DNA of 63,924 nucleotides, filler included, from Lenisia limosa (GCA_001655205.1; 18 parts of 18 records of this genome joined end to end with filler, not necessarily neighbours in it), one strand, 5' to 3'; counted from the whole stretch's first letter, positions 21,850 to 34,280 are shown. A program made the numbers and translations. Notes: generated by a model from the sequence alone, not told the origin.

Positions 21850-22269
21850 ACCGCAACCCCTCAAAATATACCACTACTTCCAAATATACAGTATGTATTA
21901 CANNNNNNNNNNNNNNNNNNNNNNNNNNNNNNNNNNNNNNNNNNNNNNNNNNNNNNNNNNNNNNNNNNNNNNNNNNNNNNNNNNNNNNNNNNNNNNNNNN
22001 NNNNNNNNNNNNNNNNNNNNNNNNNNNTGGGAGGTGAAAAAGCTCAATATCCATGTCATGATTTATCGCGGTCACTGTAAATTGTGAGCAAGACTATAAC
22101 ATGATTTTCTTACATTGATTGAATACATGTATAATGGTCAAATAGTAATAATAATAACTTGGGCTTCCCTACAGTCCCAAAGAAGACGGAATTTATCGAC
22201 ATATCCTCGATAAATATCGATACTTTTACGGTCTTTTTCAGAACGTAGGGAAGCCCCAATAATAATAAA

Positions 22270-23860
22270 ACCCCAGCCCAGAAACCTTGATGAATTGGAA
22301 GAGGCCACGCGACCGCATTCTTCGAACCTGGATCGAAAACTCGGTCGCTATGAAATCTGAAAAGATTAGATATTCGGAAAATTAGGATTTATTTTCTTGA
22401 TTATCATTTTGTTCTGACCCAAAAAACTGGTATGTTAAAACTGTAAATTATGAAAAACAAAACAGAAAAAAAAAAAAATTGAACTGTTGTAAACGAATTA
22501 ATTCATCCAATCATTTATCGTACACGCATTCTGTAAGACTGCAGATGCAGATAGATGATAGCAACAATGCTCCGTATAATATATACTCCTCACGTACAAC
22601 AAATAATGGTGCGCTTATGCTCATCCCAAAATGATTACGCTAATGCTCAACAACCCCCCATTAAACTTTATTGTTTATGCACCCCTTTCCATACAAATGA
22701 TGGCGATGATGGTACCAACAAGAAGAGTAAGGACCAGAATGGTCAAAATCTGTCGCCCGCTGGAAGACCGGAATTGGTTAACAACTAGACAGTAAAAAAT
22801 GGGTTACAACTACAGGGAAAAATGGGTTACAACTACAGGGAAAAATGGGTTACAACTACAGGAAAAAATGGGTTACAACTACAGGGAAAAATGGATTACA
22901 ACTACAGGGAAAAATGGGTTACAATTACAGGGAAAAATGGGTTACAACTACAGGGAAAAATGGGTCACAACTACACTCATTCAANNNNNNNNNNNNNNNN
23001 NNNNNNNNNNNNNNNNNNNNNNNNNNNNNNNNNNNNNNNNNNNNNNNNNNNNNNNNNNNNNNNNNNNNNNNNNNNNNNNNNNNNNNNNNNNNNNNNNNNN
23101 NNNNNNNNNNNNNNNNNNNNNNNNNNNNNNNNNNNNNNNNNNNNNNNNNNTTCGTTTTACCACCCTTACCCCCCACCCACGCCCCCTAAAATAATACAAT
23201 TACCAAGGGGTTCACTTCAGGTTTTTCCATATTGCCACTTGTGGTCATCTAATCACTTGCTATCCGAGATAATTTCCGATTGACCCCCAAAATGAAAAGC
23301 TTCACAGAATATGTCAGGATTCATTGACAATCAAACTTGACATTTTGAGCACTTCTAGAGTACTCATACTGTTACATGGCTATCACCCCATTATCACCCC
23401 CGCCGCCGCAAACGGAATAGAAGGCCGCTGAGTAGGATCAGGATATTGTTGAGCAGCAGGGTGAACTCGAGATAGTTGTTCCGGTCTACGGGAGTAAAAA
23501 TTGGAAGTTGATGAAATAAAAAAACCCCAAAATCAACTCTGTTGGCTGACAACACACCAACAAAACAAAGCCCANNNNNNNNNNAAAATTTGCTCTTGCG
23601 TCACGTCGGTTCCAAAAAAAGACTGAATTCTTGATAAATCTCGATAATTATCGATATTTCCTGGTCTATTGGGTGCCGGAGTGAATACCTAGAGATATAT
23701 ATAGCAATAAAAATAAGGTTGTATCTGGCAGAAGACGTCCACACCATCACTTATTATAGAGGTATTGGATTATAGTATTATAATAATAATTCACCCAATC
23801 AGCCTAGATATACATAAAAGACGTGAACCTGAATCACCAAACGCTCTGAAGGGCATAATG
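22270..23860 (-). CDS. Uncharacterised gene fragment with a predicted TM segment
   Basis: Exon VVNQFRSSSGRQILTILVLTLLVGTIIAIICME (about 22680-22780) plus further small exons near 23220-23260 and 23400-23485. Confidence 0.35.
22796..22976. repeat. 23-bp minisatellite, about 8 copies
   Basis: AAAAATGGGTTACAACTACAGGG repeated with 0-1 mismatch and no spacers. Confidence 0.95.
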
Positions 23861-24128
23861 TCATAAAAGTTATGTATATGTAAGGCGACCTATATGAGTG
23901 TGAATCCCAATATGAGTGTGAATCCTGACTTGTTTTTCTTAAAATTTTATGATAATTATGAATTATTGTTTTGAAAATATAGACAATTCCTGTGCTCCCC
24001 AGCAGTACATAGTTAAAAATATATAGATNNNNNNNNNNNNNNNNNNNNNNNNNNNNNNNNNNNNNNNNNNNNTTAATTAATTAANNNNNNNNNNNNNNNN
24101 NNNNNNNNNNNNNNNNNNNNNNNNNNNN

Positions 24129-27031
24129 TCTCTATCTTTTCCTGGGGAGGGGGGGGGGGTAAGGTTGTGTGCAACAAAGCAAAGCAAAACAAAAAAAAAA
24201 TAGATTTAATATGGTCGGAAAATAAGGTAATTATGAGTGTGAAAACAATAAGAACAGAAGCCGCTAACATTCTTTGCTTCACGCTGGGCCTTGCTAGACT
24301 CCAGCATTTCGAGAAGAGCCTCCCTCTGGAAATCAATCGTGGCCTTGTCGGCTTCGGATAACTCGCTGGGAACATTGAAGCGCTCTGGCTCGGTCAGCGT
24401 TTCGACATCAGACATATCGGAGTCGGGTTCGAGCGTGAAGATAGGCGGTTCCAAGGCTGGTTCTTCCNNNNNNNNNNNNNNNNNNNNNNNNNNNNNNNNN
24501 NNNNNNNNNNNNNNNNNNNNNNNNNNNNNNNNNNNTTCTTCGACTTGCTCCGGTTCCGACTCTTCTGCCTCCATGGCGTGGTCGGAGTCTTCGGCGTCAT
24601 CATCGACGTCTTCAGAGCCGTTGCGACGCGAGGCTGAGCGTGTGCGCGCACGAGTCCGTTTGTTCGACTTAGCAGCAGGGCGCTTCTTGCGGAGGGATTC
24701 ATCTTCGCGGGGGCGCTTATTGGCACGGCTTTGCGCACGAGTACGAGCTTCCTTCTTCTTAGGACCAGACTTGAGAGCCTGGGCTTCAGGGGCGGTTGGA
24801 GTGCCGTGCGACACATTGACAGTGACAGTGTGGGCGACGTTAACAGAGACAACCGGTTTGGAAGGCTCGTTCTCAATGACTGTAACGCATGATGATGAGA
24901 ACTCAGAAATCACGCCGTAGTTAGAGTGATGGACGACCTCCAGCGTCGGTCGGGTTGGCGTGTACGTCGGCAGTCCAAATGAAGGGTCAGCGCCGCCTTC
25001 GATCGGCTTGAAAATGTCCTGGATTTCCTTGAGGCGATGAACGCGATCGATGGCAACGGGGTCTCTAAGATGAGGCTTGCGGATTCCCAGGTCAGGCAAA
25101 GTAAGGGGAGACGCGGACTTCTCGCGTGGAGTTGCTTTCGGCTGGACTGGGCTTGGAGTGTTTCTGACAGAGGCGACAACCTCGGATGCTGGCTTTGGCT
25201 CAACGGGCTTCTCCGGTTTCGGAATGTCATTGGGGGCAGCGTGCTCCAGAGGCTCGGCTTTGATGGGGGTGGGCGGCTTCAATGTGGGTGGCGCAGTGAC
25301 TTGGGGTACGTTGAAGGCCGGGACGGAGATAGAGGGAACGGATGTGGAAGTGGATGGTAGCGATGATGACACCGTTGGGACAGGCGGGACGGCGGATGTG
25401 AAGCTGGCAATGCTGGGGACGTTGAGGGCCACATTCGGCTGGCTCGCATCCATGCTGATGGAGGGAACTGGCGTGAGTTCTGGCAGTGGGAAGTTGACGA
25501 GAGGGAACTGAGAGATTGGTGGAATACCAGGCATGATGATGGAGGGCTGTGGTGCGCCCGGCTTCTGTGAGATTATGGGGATTGGAGGGGGGAGGGATGG
25601 GGTAGGAACGGAGCATGATGGCTCTGCAGGCTCGGCCTTGATGGGGTCCAAGCTGTTTTTCGGCTCAACTACGACCGGTGGCGGAAGGGGAATTGTCGGC
25701 ACTTCAACCTTAGGCTCGGGCTTCGTTTTGGCGTCTTCCTTCTTTTCGGGGTCCTCAGTCTTCACTACAAGAGGTTGATTGGAAGCAGCCGTGGCCGGCT
25801 CGGCAATTGCCTCGGACTTGACTTCGGATTTTGGTGACTTCAGGACCGGCGGCAGTGCTGGGGGCTGAATGACATCACGGGGCGGGNNNNNNNNNNNNNN
25901 NNNNNNNNNNNNNNNNNNNNNNNNNNNNNNNNNNNNNNNNNNNNNNNNNNNNNNNNNGGCGCGCGGAATAGGCGTGCACGCGCGATTTTAGGTGTTGGTG
26001 TTCAACCTGCTCAGTTGCGTACTTGTCGGAAATGGACCTGTCATCCCAGCCCGGGCATGACGTCATAATGGACGCCAGGCGCTGGCGGCGTTGTCCGTCG
26101 GCTCCACCCCATCGTCGGCGGCCGGACCGCGCTAAATACTGACGAACACGGGGGTCCATGCCCCAACGTCCCTCGCGAGTTTCAACGTCACCCGACACGT
26201 GGACCTGGAAGGACGAGGCTCGGAGGAGACGATGCTGTCCTTCCGGAAGCTGGGTCAGCGTCTTAGTGCGGCCGTACTTGAGATGCGTCAGAGCCCGGAG
26301 ACGGCTGCCTTCGAGATCGGGGCCGTGCGGCGTGGCTTCGAGTCGATCTAGCTGTGCCTTGGCCTTGGGGTTGAGAAGGAGACGAGTTTCCTCGGCGGTG
26401 GGAGTCATCGCGGCCGCGGGGATAACGTCGAAGAGAAGGCGCCCTCCTCTGCCTATACGCGGCCGGCCTCGGATGGTTTGTTCAATGGGCAACGGGTCTA
26501 TGCGAAGTGGCGCTGACGCGACCGGCGTAACAGTGGGCGGGATAAGGGGGACGACAGGCATTATGGTTCCGAGGGTCTTGGAGGCGTGGCTTCGCATTGC
26601 CTTGATCTTAAGCTCGAACTCTGCGATTTTGCCTGCCAGCTTTGTTTTGGAGAGGTTGGGGTCCTTCATGTTGGCCTCAAGGTCGCGGAAGTACGGCTCG
26701 ATTGCCGACAAGAAGGCGGCCACGGACCGCGCCTCGTCGGTGTTGAGCGTGAAGGACGAAACAGACTCCTCGGAGAGCAGGCCCGGCGGCGGGCTGTTGG
26801 CGGATCTGCCTCCTTTGGAGAGGGGTACTCCGCCACGGAGGACAGAAAGCTTGAGAGGAGACGCAGGCATGCGGTTCAGGGACGGCGGCGGCGAAGCTGA
26901 GGGCGGCGGCCGGATAGCGGTGTTGGGGAAGGACGGTGCGGGGGCCGAGCCGGCGGAGAGCGGTCGCGTGGGGAGGCTGACTTGTGGTCTCGGGCTTGGG
27001 GATGGAATTGCACGTGTGTTACGGGTGGATG
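24129..27031 (-). CDS. Enhancer-of-polycomb-like (EPL1/EPC) protein, C-terminal part
   Basis: ORFs 25875-26870 and 24206-25765 are probably one exon split by a mis-sized N gap, since the second frame is open up to the gap. Contains IRGRPRIGRGGRLLFD (EPc-B-type motif) followed by long Pro/Ser-rich and acidic/basic stretches. The EPc-A domain is not in the scaffold. Confidence 0.5.
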
Positions 27032-27131
27032 NNNNNNNNNNNNNNNNNNNNNNNNNNNNNNNNNNNNNNNNNNNNTTAATTAATTAANNNNNNNNNNNNN
27101 NNNNNNNNNNNNNNNNNNNNNNNNNNNNNNN

Positions 27132-28510
27132 CCTCTAGCGGTTCCTCCAAATGAGTCTGAAGGCGTGACTTCATGGGGGAAGGGAGTAGTAATAAACAAC
27201 AACAGCTTAGGGGTTTATATAAAACAACCCAGAAAGACTGAATTTCTCGATAAATCCTAAAAAAAATATCGATATTAAACCGTCCTATTTTGGAACGTAG
27301 GGAAGCCCTAATTATCACCCACCCACCACCCAAAACGCTAACCGAAAGAGATTCCAGGGTTTTTTTTCTTTTCATAAATTTTCCAATTTGACTCCCAACC
27401 TCGTCATCGACAGTTTCGGGGACCTCCTCTTCGGTGTGATCGACTGGTGTTTCAGGCTCCTATTGTGGGGGGGGGGGTAAGGNNNNNNNNNNNNNNNNNN
27501 NNNNNNNNNNNNNNNNNNNNNNNNNNNNNNNNNNNNNNNNNNNNNNNNNNNNNNNNNNNNNNNNNNNNNNNNNNNNNNNNNAAATAATCTGAAACTCAAA
27601 AAAAAAACAAGCAATAACTAGATGGCTTAAACACAAAAACAAAAATAAGCTGTAATGGGTAAAGGAGGATGTGTGATAAAAGAAAGCGTTGGCTGAACAC
27701 GAATTTTAAATAAATCATGGAAAATACAGACGTTGTTACCCCTACCCTACCTTCTCATCTTCTTTTTCTTCTTCTTTTTCATCCTCCACTTTTTCTTCTT
27801 CCTTTTCCTCTTCTTTTTCATCCTCCACTTTTTCTTCTTCTTTTTCCTCTTCTTTTTCATCCTCCTCTTTTTCTTCTTCTTTTTCCTCTTCTTTTTCATC
27901 CTCTTCTTTTTCCTCTTCTTTTTCCTCTTCCTTCTCTTCCTCTTCCTTCTCTTCAGGCTCATCATCTGTGTCGAAGTACTCTTCTCCATCGTCTTCAACA
28001 TCTCCCAAGTCAGCACTATGGGTGGTTAGATTTACACTAAGTTGCTGAAGATTTTCACTAATTGCTGTAGATAAAAACTAATGTGCTTTAAATTTACAAT
28101 AAGTTGCTTTATAGTTACACTATTATTTAAGGATAATTATCAGAATTAAACATTAATGTACTTAAGCCCCCCTTACCTGCAGGGTAATATGATGTCTTGA
28201 CCTGCAACGGCTGTCACGGGCGGAATTTCGGTCCTGGGGGGGGGGGNNNNNNNNNNNNNNNNNNNNNNNNNNNNNNNNNNNNNNNNNNNNNNNNNNNNNN
28301 NNNNNNNNNNNCGAAGGTTGAGAAACACAGCAAACCAGTAGTAAAACGAGTGAAAATGGGAAAACAATATGGCAAATGGTACGTGTATGACCATATATAA
28401 GCCATGAAGTCACTCTAATTTCTTGCACCCGGACATCCTCCTTACTTGTCCTTTTTCTCGGCTTCTTCGCTGATATCCTCCAGGAAGGCTTCCACATAGC
28501 CCGTGGCCTG
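27132..28510 (-). CDS. Acidic low-complexity (Glu/Lys-rich) protein fragment
   Basis: Exons ATGYVEAFLEDISEEAEKKDK, MGDVEDDGEEYFDTDDEPEEKEEEEKEEEK..., and EPETPVDHTEEEVPETVDDE, with GT-AG ends. Confidence 0.5.
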
Positions 28511-29019
28511 AGAGAGATTAAAAAGAAAAGGGCCATGGTTTGGGGTTAAAAAAAGACTGAATTTCTTGGTAAATTTTCGAAAATTATCCCTATTTTGGCG
28601 GTATTTTTCGAGCCGGAGTGGGGCCCTGGCCGTAGTTGATGATGGGGTTTGGATTTGCTGTTTCTTAGATAATCCATATTGACGCCGGGGGCCTCCCCCA
28701 TATTCACACATATGCATATAATATATAATATATAATATATATTATGTATTACAGATGTGACTACATGTGATGTGGTATATCAGGTATGATATAATATGGC
28801 GATGGGGGGTAAAAGGCGGGGTTGTGTCTGCCCGGGCCGTCCACGNNNNNNNNNNNNNNNNNNNNNNNNNNNNNNNNNNNNNNNNNNNNTTAATTAATTA
28901 ANNNNNNNNNNNNNNNNNNNNNNNNNNNNNNNNNNNNNNNNNNNNGGACAATTCAAATCAATCAATAAGGAAAGTGAAGGAGACTCTGATTAAAAGACAA
29001 TTCTTACTCCCACCCACCT

Positions 29020-30218
29020 GCAAGGTGACACAGAGCAGATCTTGCCCTTGGCTGGAGAGCACTTCGAACTGTTTCATCTGAGAAGCCTACACGTGTGAAA
29101 TATGATTGTCGACGGAATTTTGAGATACAATGAGCTTCCCTGTAAAAAATAAAAGAAACCTGGCTGAATCCCCAGTATGTTAATTAAAATACTAGAGTGG
29201 ATGGCTCCATTTTTCCTCCATCCACGCACCGTTAGAAATTTCGCCGACAGTGATCATGCTAGCTGCCGTAATAAGAAGATCCTCAAGGGAAATCAGCTCG
29301 TTCTGGAAAATTACACCTGTGATACTGACAGATAATACATATCCATATATCCTATATATTATATAATATAACTATACTATACTATCTACAAATGATATGT
29401 ATATATTTATACAGTGACCGGAATAAGTCTTGAACGATTTGCTTTATGATTTACCGTTGAAAATCGGTCAAGACTTATCCTGACCACAGTATACTTGGCT
29501 TGATGTGCATTCAGAAATTTTACAATTGGACATACGTGGAGGAGGTAGAGAAGGTCAAGAAGGGCATTGACCTGACCTTCGTGGAACTTTTCCATGCTAA
29601 AACAGTAAAAAAAATGCCACTTAAAAAAAAGTGCTGCTAAAAACAAAAATAATGAATTTTAAATATCATATGCATCTATCGATAAATGGGAAATTTGCCT
29701 TCATTCGCACAGACTACCCCCGTCCACCTCTCTTTGTTGAATATCGACGACACAAGGTGAAGCCATCTGAGGGAAAACGTTTCACAAGACGGAGTACGAC
29801 CGGTTTTCTTCTTCCTCCATCCTTGAATGAGAACAGTGAAAGAATACTCAGTTAACTTGTAAGGATTCCCTACTGTCCCAAAAAACTGAATTTCTCGATA
29901 AATCCTCGATAAATATCAATATTGTCTTTTTCGTACGTAGGGAAGCCCTATCAACTTGATTGTTCAATGATCCATCCCTTAACCCACCTTCAGTCGGCAA
30001 TGCTCTGCGTTCAGTATCAGCTTTTCCGAAGAGAATAACCACATTGTCTCGGGCAGAGGGAAACGTCTCGGTTGCGCTGCAGTATAAGACAGGAGTATTG
30101 CAGTCTGAGACAAATTGGCGAACAAGAGAATATTATAACAAACATAGCCCCCTCCTCACGCTAAAGCAAGAAGATATCTGAACACTGCCTTGGGGCGCAA
30201 TCCTTGCGTCTGCGCAAC
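29020..30218 (-). CDS. Uncharacterised multi-exon gene fragment
   Basis: Exons DCNTPVLYCSATETFPSARDNVVILFGKAD, MEKFHEGQVNALLDLLYLLH and GVIFQNELISLEDLLITAASMITVGE. Confidence 0.45.
29412..29489. mobile_element. Tc1/mariner-type MITE (78 bp)
   Basis: TA-CAGTGACCGGAATAAGTCTTGAACGATTT...AAATCGGTCAAGACTTATCCTGACCACAG-TA: about 29-bp TIR with TA on both sides. Confidence 0.85.
29860..29950. mobile_element. hAT-type MITE, B-type ends
   Basis: Flanks TTAACTTG / TCAACTTG (7/8); family internal sequence AACTGAATTTCTCGATAAATCCTCGA. Confidence 0.85.
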
Positions 30219-30344
30219 NNNNNNNNNNNNNNNNNNNNNNNNNNNNNNNNNNNNNNNNNNNNTTAATTAATTAANNNNNNNNNNNNNNNNNNNNNNNNNN
30301 NNNNNNNNNNNNNNNNNNCAACTCAATCCTGAGAATCGTACTCC

Positions 30345-31653
30345 TTCCCCCAACTTGTTTATTGAAGAACTCAGCAGCAAGAGAGGCATAGCGGAATCGA
30401 TTATCATTAGGACAGGCAGCAGCCCATCTGGAGGGGGAGGAGGTAAAAGAAAAGGGGGTGGATTTGTGGGAAAGAAAACGTCTCTTGTTTGTTGGCCACT
30501 ACAAATCCAAACCCAAAGTATCTGCATACCTTGATAGGGATTGGACAATGAACGGTAACATTCCAACTTCAGTGAAGAACTTCTCCCTGAAAGTATAACA
30601 AGTATGTCTTCAAAATGATCTAGGAAAGAACAAAACAATGATCAGTGCTAATTGAAAAAAATAAAAGAAAAAAAAAGCCCTTCCATTTATTTAAAAGAAA
30701 ATACAACCACTCCTTTACAATACAACACCGCTTACTTGTGGTCATTCAGCATATTGAAAGTGGCATAGGCGGTGTTGGCAGCAAAGGGACCAATAGAGGT
30801 GCCTGCCACACGCAGTAAAACATTAACCAAATGGGAAGCCTGGGGTAGTGCTCGTGTCACCCATTGTCCGATCGTATAAATAAGCTGTAGTGTGAGTGTG
30901 TTTCTTGCAGATCTAATAGGTATCAGGGTGGAAACATAATCAAAAAACTGAGCTCGTTCGTTGAGAGCTGTTTCCGCATACTCTTTCTTGGACATTTTGA
31001 AGCAGGCGGTGCCATAATGTGTTTGTGAGCTGGAGGTGTAAGGCGTGACAGTAGTCACTGGTTGACAGCAAAAGACCAATAAACATTAAATTAACTCCTT
31101 CCCCCAACTTCAGAAAGCACAGCTGCCAAAGTACGGAACTCATCAATAGGGTTGGATATCAGAAGTTCAAGGTGCTAAAAGGTCATAGTATGCATCATTC
31201 TCCTTACAATCTACTCAAAAAAAAACTCAAAAGTGCGGAAAAAAGATCCGTGAGCATTACTACTATGAGCTGCGGCCAAAAGACAACTTCACCTTTGCCC
31301 AAAAAAATGGGGTGGTGAAGACAAAAACAAAACAAATTGAAGACATACTTTGTGGGCAACGTCCTCGGGGCGAGTAAGGATAACGTACACAAGGTAGTAG
31401 ACCACTTGGAGAGGCTTGTTGCTCCCCTAATAGACAAGTTAGACGAATAAAGTGAACGTGGAACAAACAATTATCGATTGAATTTGATCTGGACGGCCTT
31501 CTAATTGCTTTTCAATGGCATCACAGGAGGACTTAAGTCCCTAGGATGATAAACAAAGGAGATAAACTGGATTACTACCTCTTCTAACTGAAATGGGTTC
31601 TCTAAAGGCCGATAATCGACAATTAGAGAGTGTTGGTGGAATTCTTGCGCCAT
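30345..31653 (-). CDS. INTS3: Integrator complex subunit 3-like, 3' truncated
   Basis: ATG at 31653. Spliced ENPFQLEEGLK...YLVYVILTRPEDVAHKHLELL...LWHRLLQNVQERLIYTIGQWV...LVNVLLRVAG resembles the INTS3 N-terminal domain from memory (LFTLILTEPAQAQK; QLVWLVRELV; FMKQIAGG). Confidence 0.55.
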
Positions 31654-32080
31654 TTTGGCACTATACGACAACTTCTTGTCTTACATATCCTCCCCCCTTA
31701 TATTTTTTAAATAATATGTTTTACACTTATGTTGAATAAGGTTTCCACGGTTACAAGAGCTGGTAAATCGACAAAAATCAAAGAAGAATTGGAATATTTG
31801 GGCTTGTTCGTACGCTGCCTCTTCTCAAATGTACAGGCTTTGAATACAGACTTATTTTCTCGTTTTAAATAACAAAATAACTGACAAAGAGGGTAAAAAT
31901 GTGAAATGAAAAGTTTTAAATAGCACACTATTCCATTTAACTGGTCCCGGATAGTATAAATAATTTTTTGGAAACTTTTGGAAATTTGGAAACCTGAACA
32001 CAATTGCTGAATTGTATTGTGGCGATCTAATTAATTAGTTTGTAATTGAAGGAGTAATTTGTTCTCTGCCACCCTAAACA

Positions 32081-32499
32081 ATGGCAGGCGAGGAGAGCCG
32101 CGGAAGATACATCCTTCTCGAAGCAGAGGTCACAACTACCAAAGAAATTAAAATTGATGGGACCAAAAAGACCTACACGGTATTGGGATTTAGGTGAATG
32201 GACTTACTTGACCATTTTAGGAGTATGAAGTGCGAGTAACTCGTGGAAAGTATTACTGGACAGTGTTCCACCGATTCTCAGAGTTCGATACTCTTCGCAA
32301 AGCTGTGATGAAGAGCCATCCCAACGTCCCTTCCTGGCCTCCCTTCCCAGGAAAGAAGCTCTTAAACAGAATGGTATGCAAAGGATACGGTTATTCTAGT
32401 CCACCGGATCAAATCCTCAGTTCTCACCCCCAACAGGACGCAGCGCTTGTTGAGTCTCGTAAGGTTGGCCTCACCCGCTGGTTCCAAGATGTGCTTAAG
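32081..32499 (+). CDS. PX-domain protein (sorting-nexin-like), 3' truncated
   Basis: KKTYT|EYEVRV...WTVFHRFSEFDTLRK...PPFPGKKLLNRM|DAALVESRKVGLTRWFQDVL has the typical PX motifs. Confidence 0.85.
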
Positions 32500-32658
32500 G
32501 TTAGTTATAAAAATTTCTAATTCAGTTCGCATTTTCTACATTTCATTTGTTGTATTAGNNNNNNNNNNNNNNNNNNNNNNNNNNNNNNNNNNNNNNNNNN
32601 NNTTAATTAATTAANNNNNNNNNNNNNNNNNNNNNNNNNNNNNNNNNNNNNNNNNNNN

Positions 32659-32752
32659 TTGTTTTGTTGTTATCTACCCTTGTGTGTTGTCAGCCAACAT
32701 AGTTGATTTGGGCTCTTTTTGTTTCATAAATTTTCCAATTTTACCCCCCCCT
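32659..32752 (+). mobile_element. Family A copy
   Basis: Ends TTTCATAAATTTTCCAATTTTACCCCCCC about 10 nt before an AG. Other plus-strand copies: 34497-34590, 44846-44955, 46905-46935, 51272-51323, 52633-52690. Confidence 0.75.
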
Positions 32753-32761
32753 CTCTATTCA

Positions 32762-34180
32762 GAACAATAGGCCCAAGTTTGATAGTGGTTCATTCCAAGT
32801 CACAGAGATTTGAAGGTAGGGGAGGGGGGTTAATGTACACAAAACCACCAGTCCTCAATTGTGCCTTTTTTCGACGGCTTCATTTTTTTTTTTTTTTTTN
32901 NNNNNNNNNNNNNNNNNNNNNNNNNNNNNNNNNNNNNNNNNNNNNNNNNNNNNNNNNNNNATTCACAAAATCTCCCCCAATTACGCAGTAAACCTGAGTA
33001 TTCCTTGAATTCTACATCCCTAATCAATCACGCATATACCTAGTTATCCATACTTCCCTCAATATTCCCGAAATTCCCATCTCAGTAATCCCCCAAAATT
33101 CGGCTCATCTAAAAAAGGGGGTGGCAGCGTCTGTTAAAAAAATAAAAAGGGATAAAAAGGGATAAAAGTCGTATTTTTATGAACAAAATTTTAAAATAAC
33201 AGGTTTATTTTTGCAACCACAGGCGTTTTTTTAAAGAGCCACCCCATTTTTAGACAAGCTCAAAATTCCCCGTAATTGCGCAGACGCATGGACAACATGG
33301 CGTGAATGGCGCCGGCTATCCCCCAACGGCCTCGGGGTACTTCCGGAGTCCGACCGTGCCGCCGTCTTATCTGCCGTGGCTGAGGCTGCTTTTCAGACCG
33401 GTCCGAGGTGGTAATATTATTATTTGTATAATATTATGTGGGGGGGATAATATTGGATAGAGGGAGGAGGGGACTCTTTTTCACAAGTATTATATGGTAG
33501 TATGTAATATTATATGATGTGTGTCCCTATTTTCCAGAAAACTTTTCGTTTTCATTCCTAATTTACTAGGATCATCAACTCACATTTCCCCAGGACGGTT
33601 CAATGCAAGTGTTACTCTCTTTTCCGCGTGCATTGAGCTACTACCCACTGCAAGTGAATTCTACTCCGGTTTGGGGACTTTTGTTTTTTTTTGTTGGGTA
33701 TTTTTGGTTGGAGGGGCTTCCCTACCACCAATAAAAGTATCACCAATATAGTACATTATATGATAGCATTAGGGCTTCCAAAAAGTTCGGAGAAATATCG
33801 ATAAATCCTCGATAAATATCAATGCTTTAACGGTCCTTTTCGGACCGTAGGGAAGCCCTAGATATCATATATCATATATAGTATATCCTATACTAAATGG
33901 TATGCTGGGGAGGCACACAGAAAGCTGTATGCACAGAGTTGTGAGACAAAGGATTGGGTGATTTAATATTATACTATAATCCAATATCTCTTATAAGCGT
34001 GCTGGTGTGGACGGCTTCCGCCAGATACAATCTTGTTATTTATTTCTCATTGATAACGCAAATATCCATCAAAATGTCCTTCGTTTATCTCCCAGGTCGT
34101 GGAAGAGCCCTGGCAGCAACTGGGGACCTACAGAGGGCAGCAAAGGAGTTCCGAAAAGCAGCGACTATCGAATCCCCGGT
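32762..34180 (+). CDS. TPR-repeat protein fragment
   Basis: LSAVAEAAFQTG, RFNASVTLFSACIELLPTASEFYS|GRGRALAATGDLQRAAKEFRKAATIESP follow the TPR consensus. Confidence 0.65.
33095..33267. mobile_element. Fourth TIR element (about 170 bp)
   Basis: Left GCTCATCTAAAAAAGGGGGTGGC and right GCCACCCCATTTTTAGACAAGC; a reverse-complement homologue of about 125 bp lies at 62829-62950. Confidence 0.65.
33770..33860. mobile_element. hAT-type MITE
   Basis: Flanks GATAGCAT / GATATCAT (7/8); ends TAGGGCTTCC / GGAAGCCCTA. Confidence 0.85.
33898..34060 (+). mobile_element. Intronic repeat family B, 5' and middle part
   Basis: GTATGCTGGGGAGGCAC(A/G)CAGAAAGCTG...CCAATATC...GTGGACGGCTTC(C/G)GCCAGATACAA(C/T)CTTG...TTTCTCATTG; close homologue at 46620-46748. 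Fragments at 7046-7125, 13492-13565, 23695-23795, 28815-28845, 35890-35950, 40835-40865, 45765-45810, 52060-52080. Confidence 0.75.
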
Positions 34181-34280
34181 NNNNNNNNNNNNNNNNNNNN
34201 NNNNNNNNNNNNNNNNNNNNNNNNTTAATTAATTAANNNNNNNNNNNNNNNNNNNNNNNNNNNNNNNNNNNNNNNNNNNN

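Noticed and set aside
22796-22976. CRISPR array or telomeric repeat
   Set aside because: No spacers, eukaryotic intronic context and internal position. GGGTTA occurs only once per 23-bp unit.
24129-27031. Endosymbiont or contaminant origin of the GC-rich scaffold
   Set aside because: It has a host-style C-run intron at its 3' end, and its GC level resembles alpha-actinin exons. Not excluded without coverage data.
26158-27087. Long plus-strand ORFs opposite the EPL1-like gene (also 24291-24920, 25077-25511)
   Set aside because: Shadow ORFs of a GC-rich coding exon; no independent motifs.
27742-28029. Poly-Phe/Leu and poly-Lys ORFs; relationship to the (EDEK)n tract at 9950-10070
   Set aside because: Alternative frames of one Glu/Lys-rich exon. 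Similarity to the other tract is compositional only.
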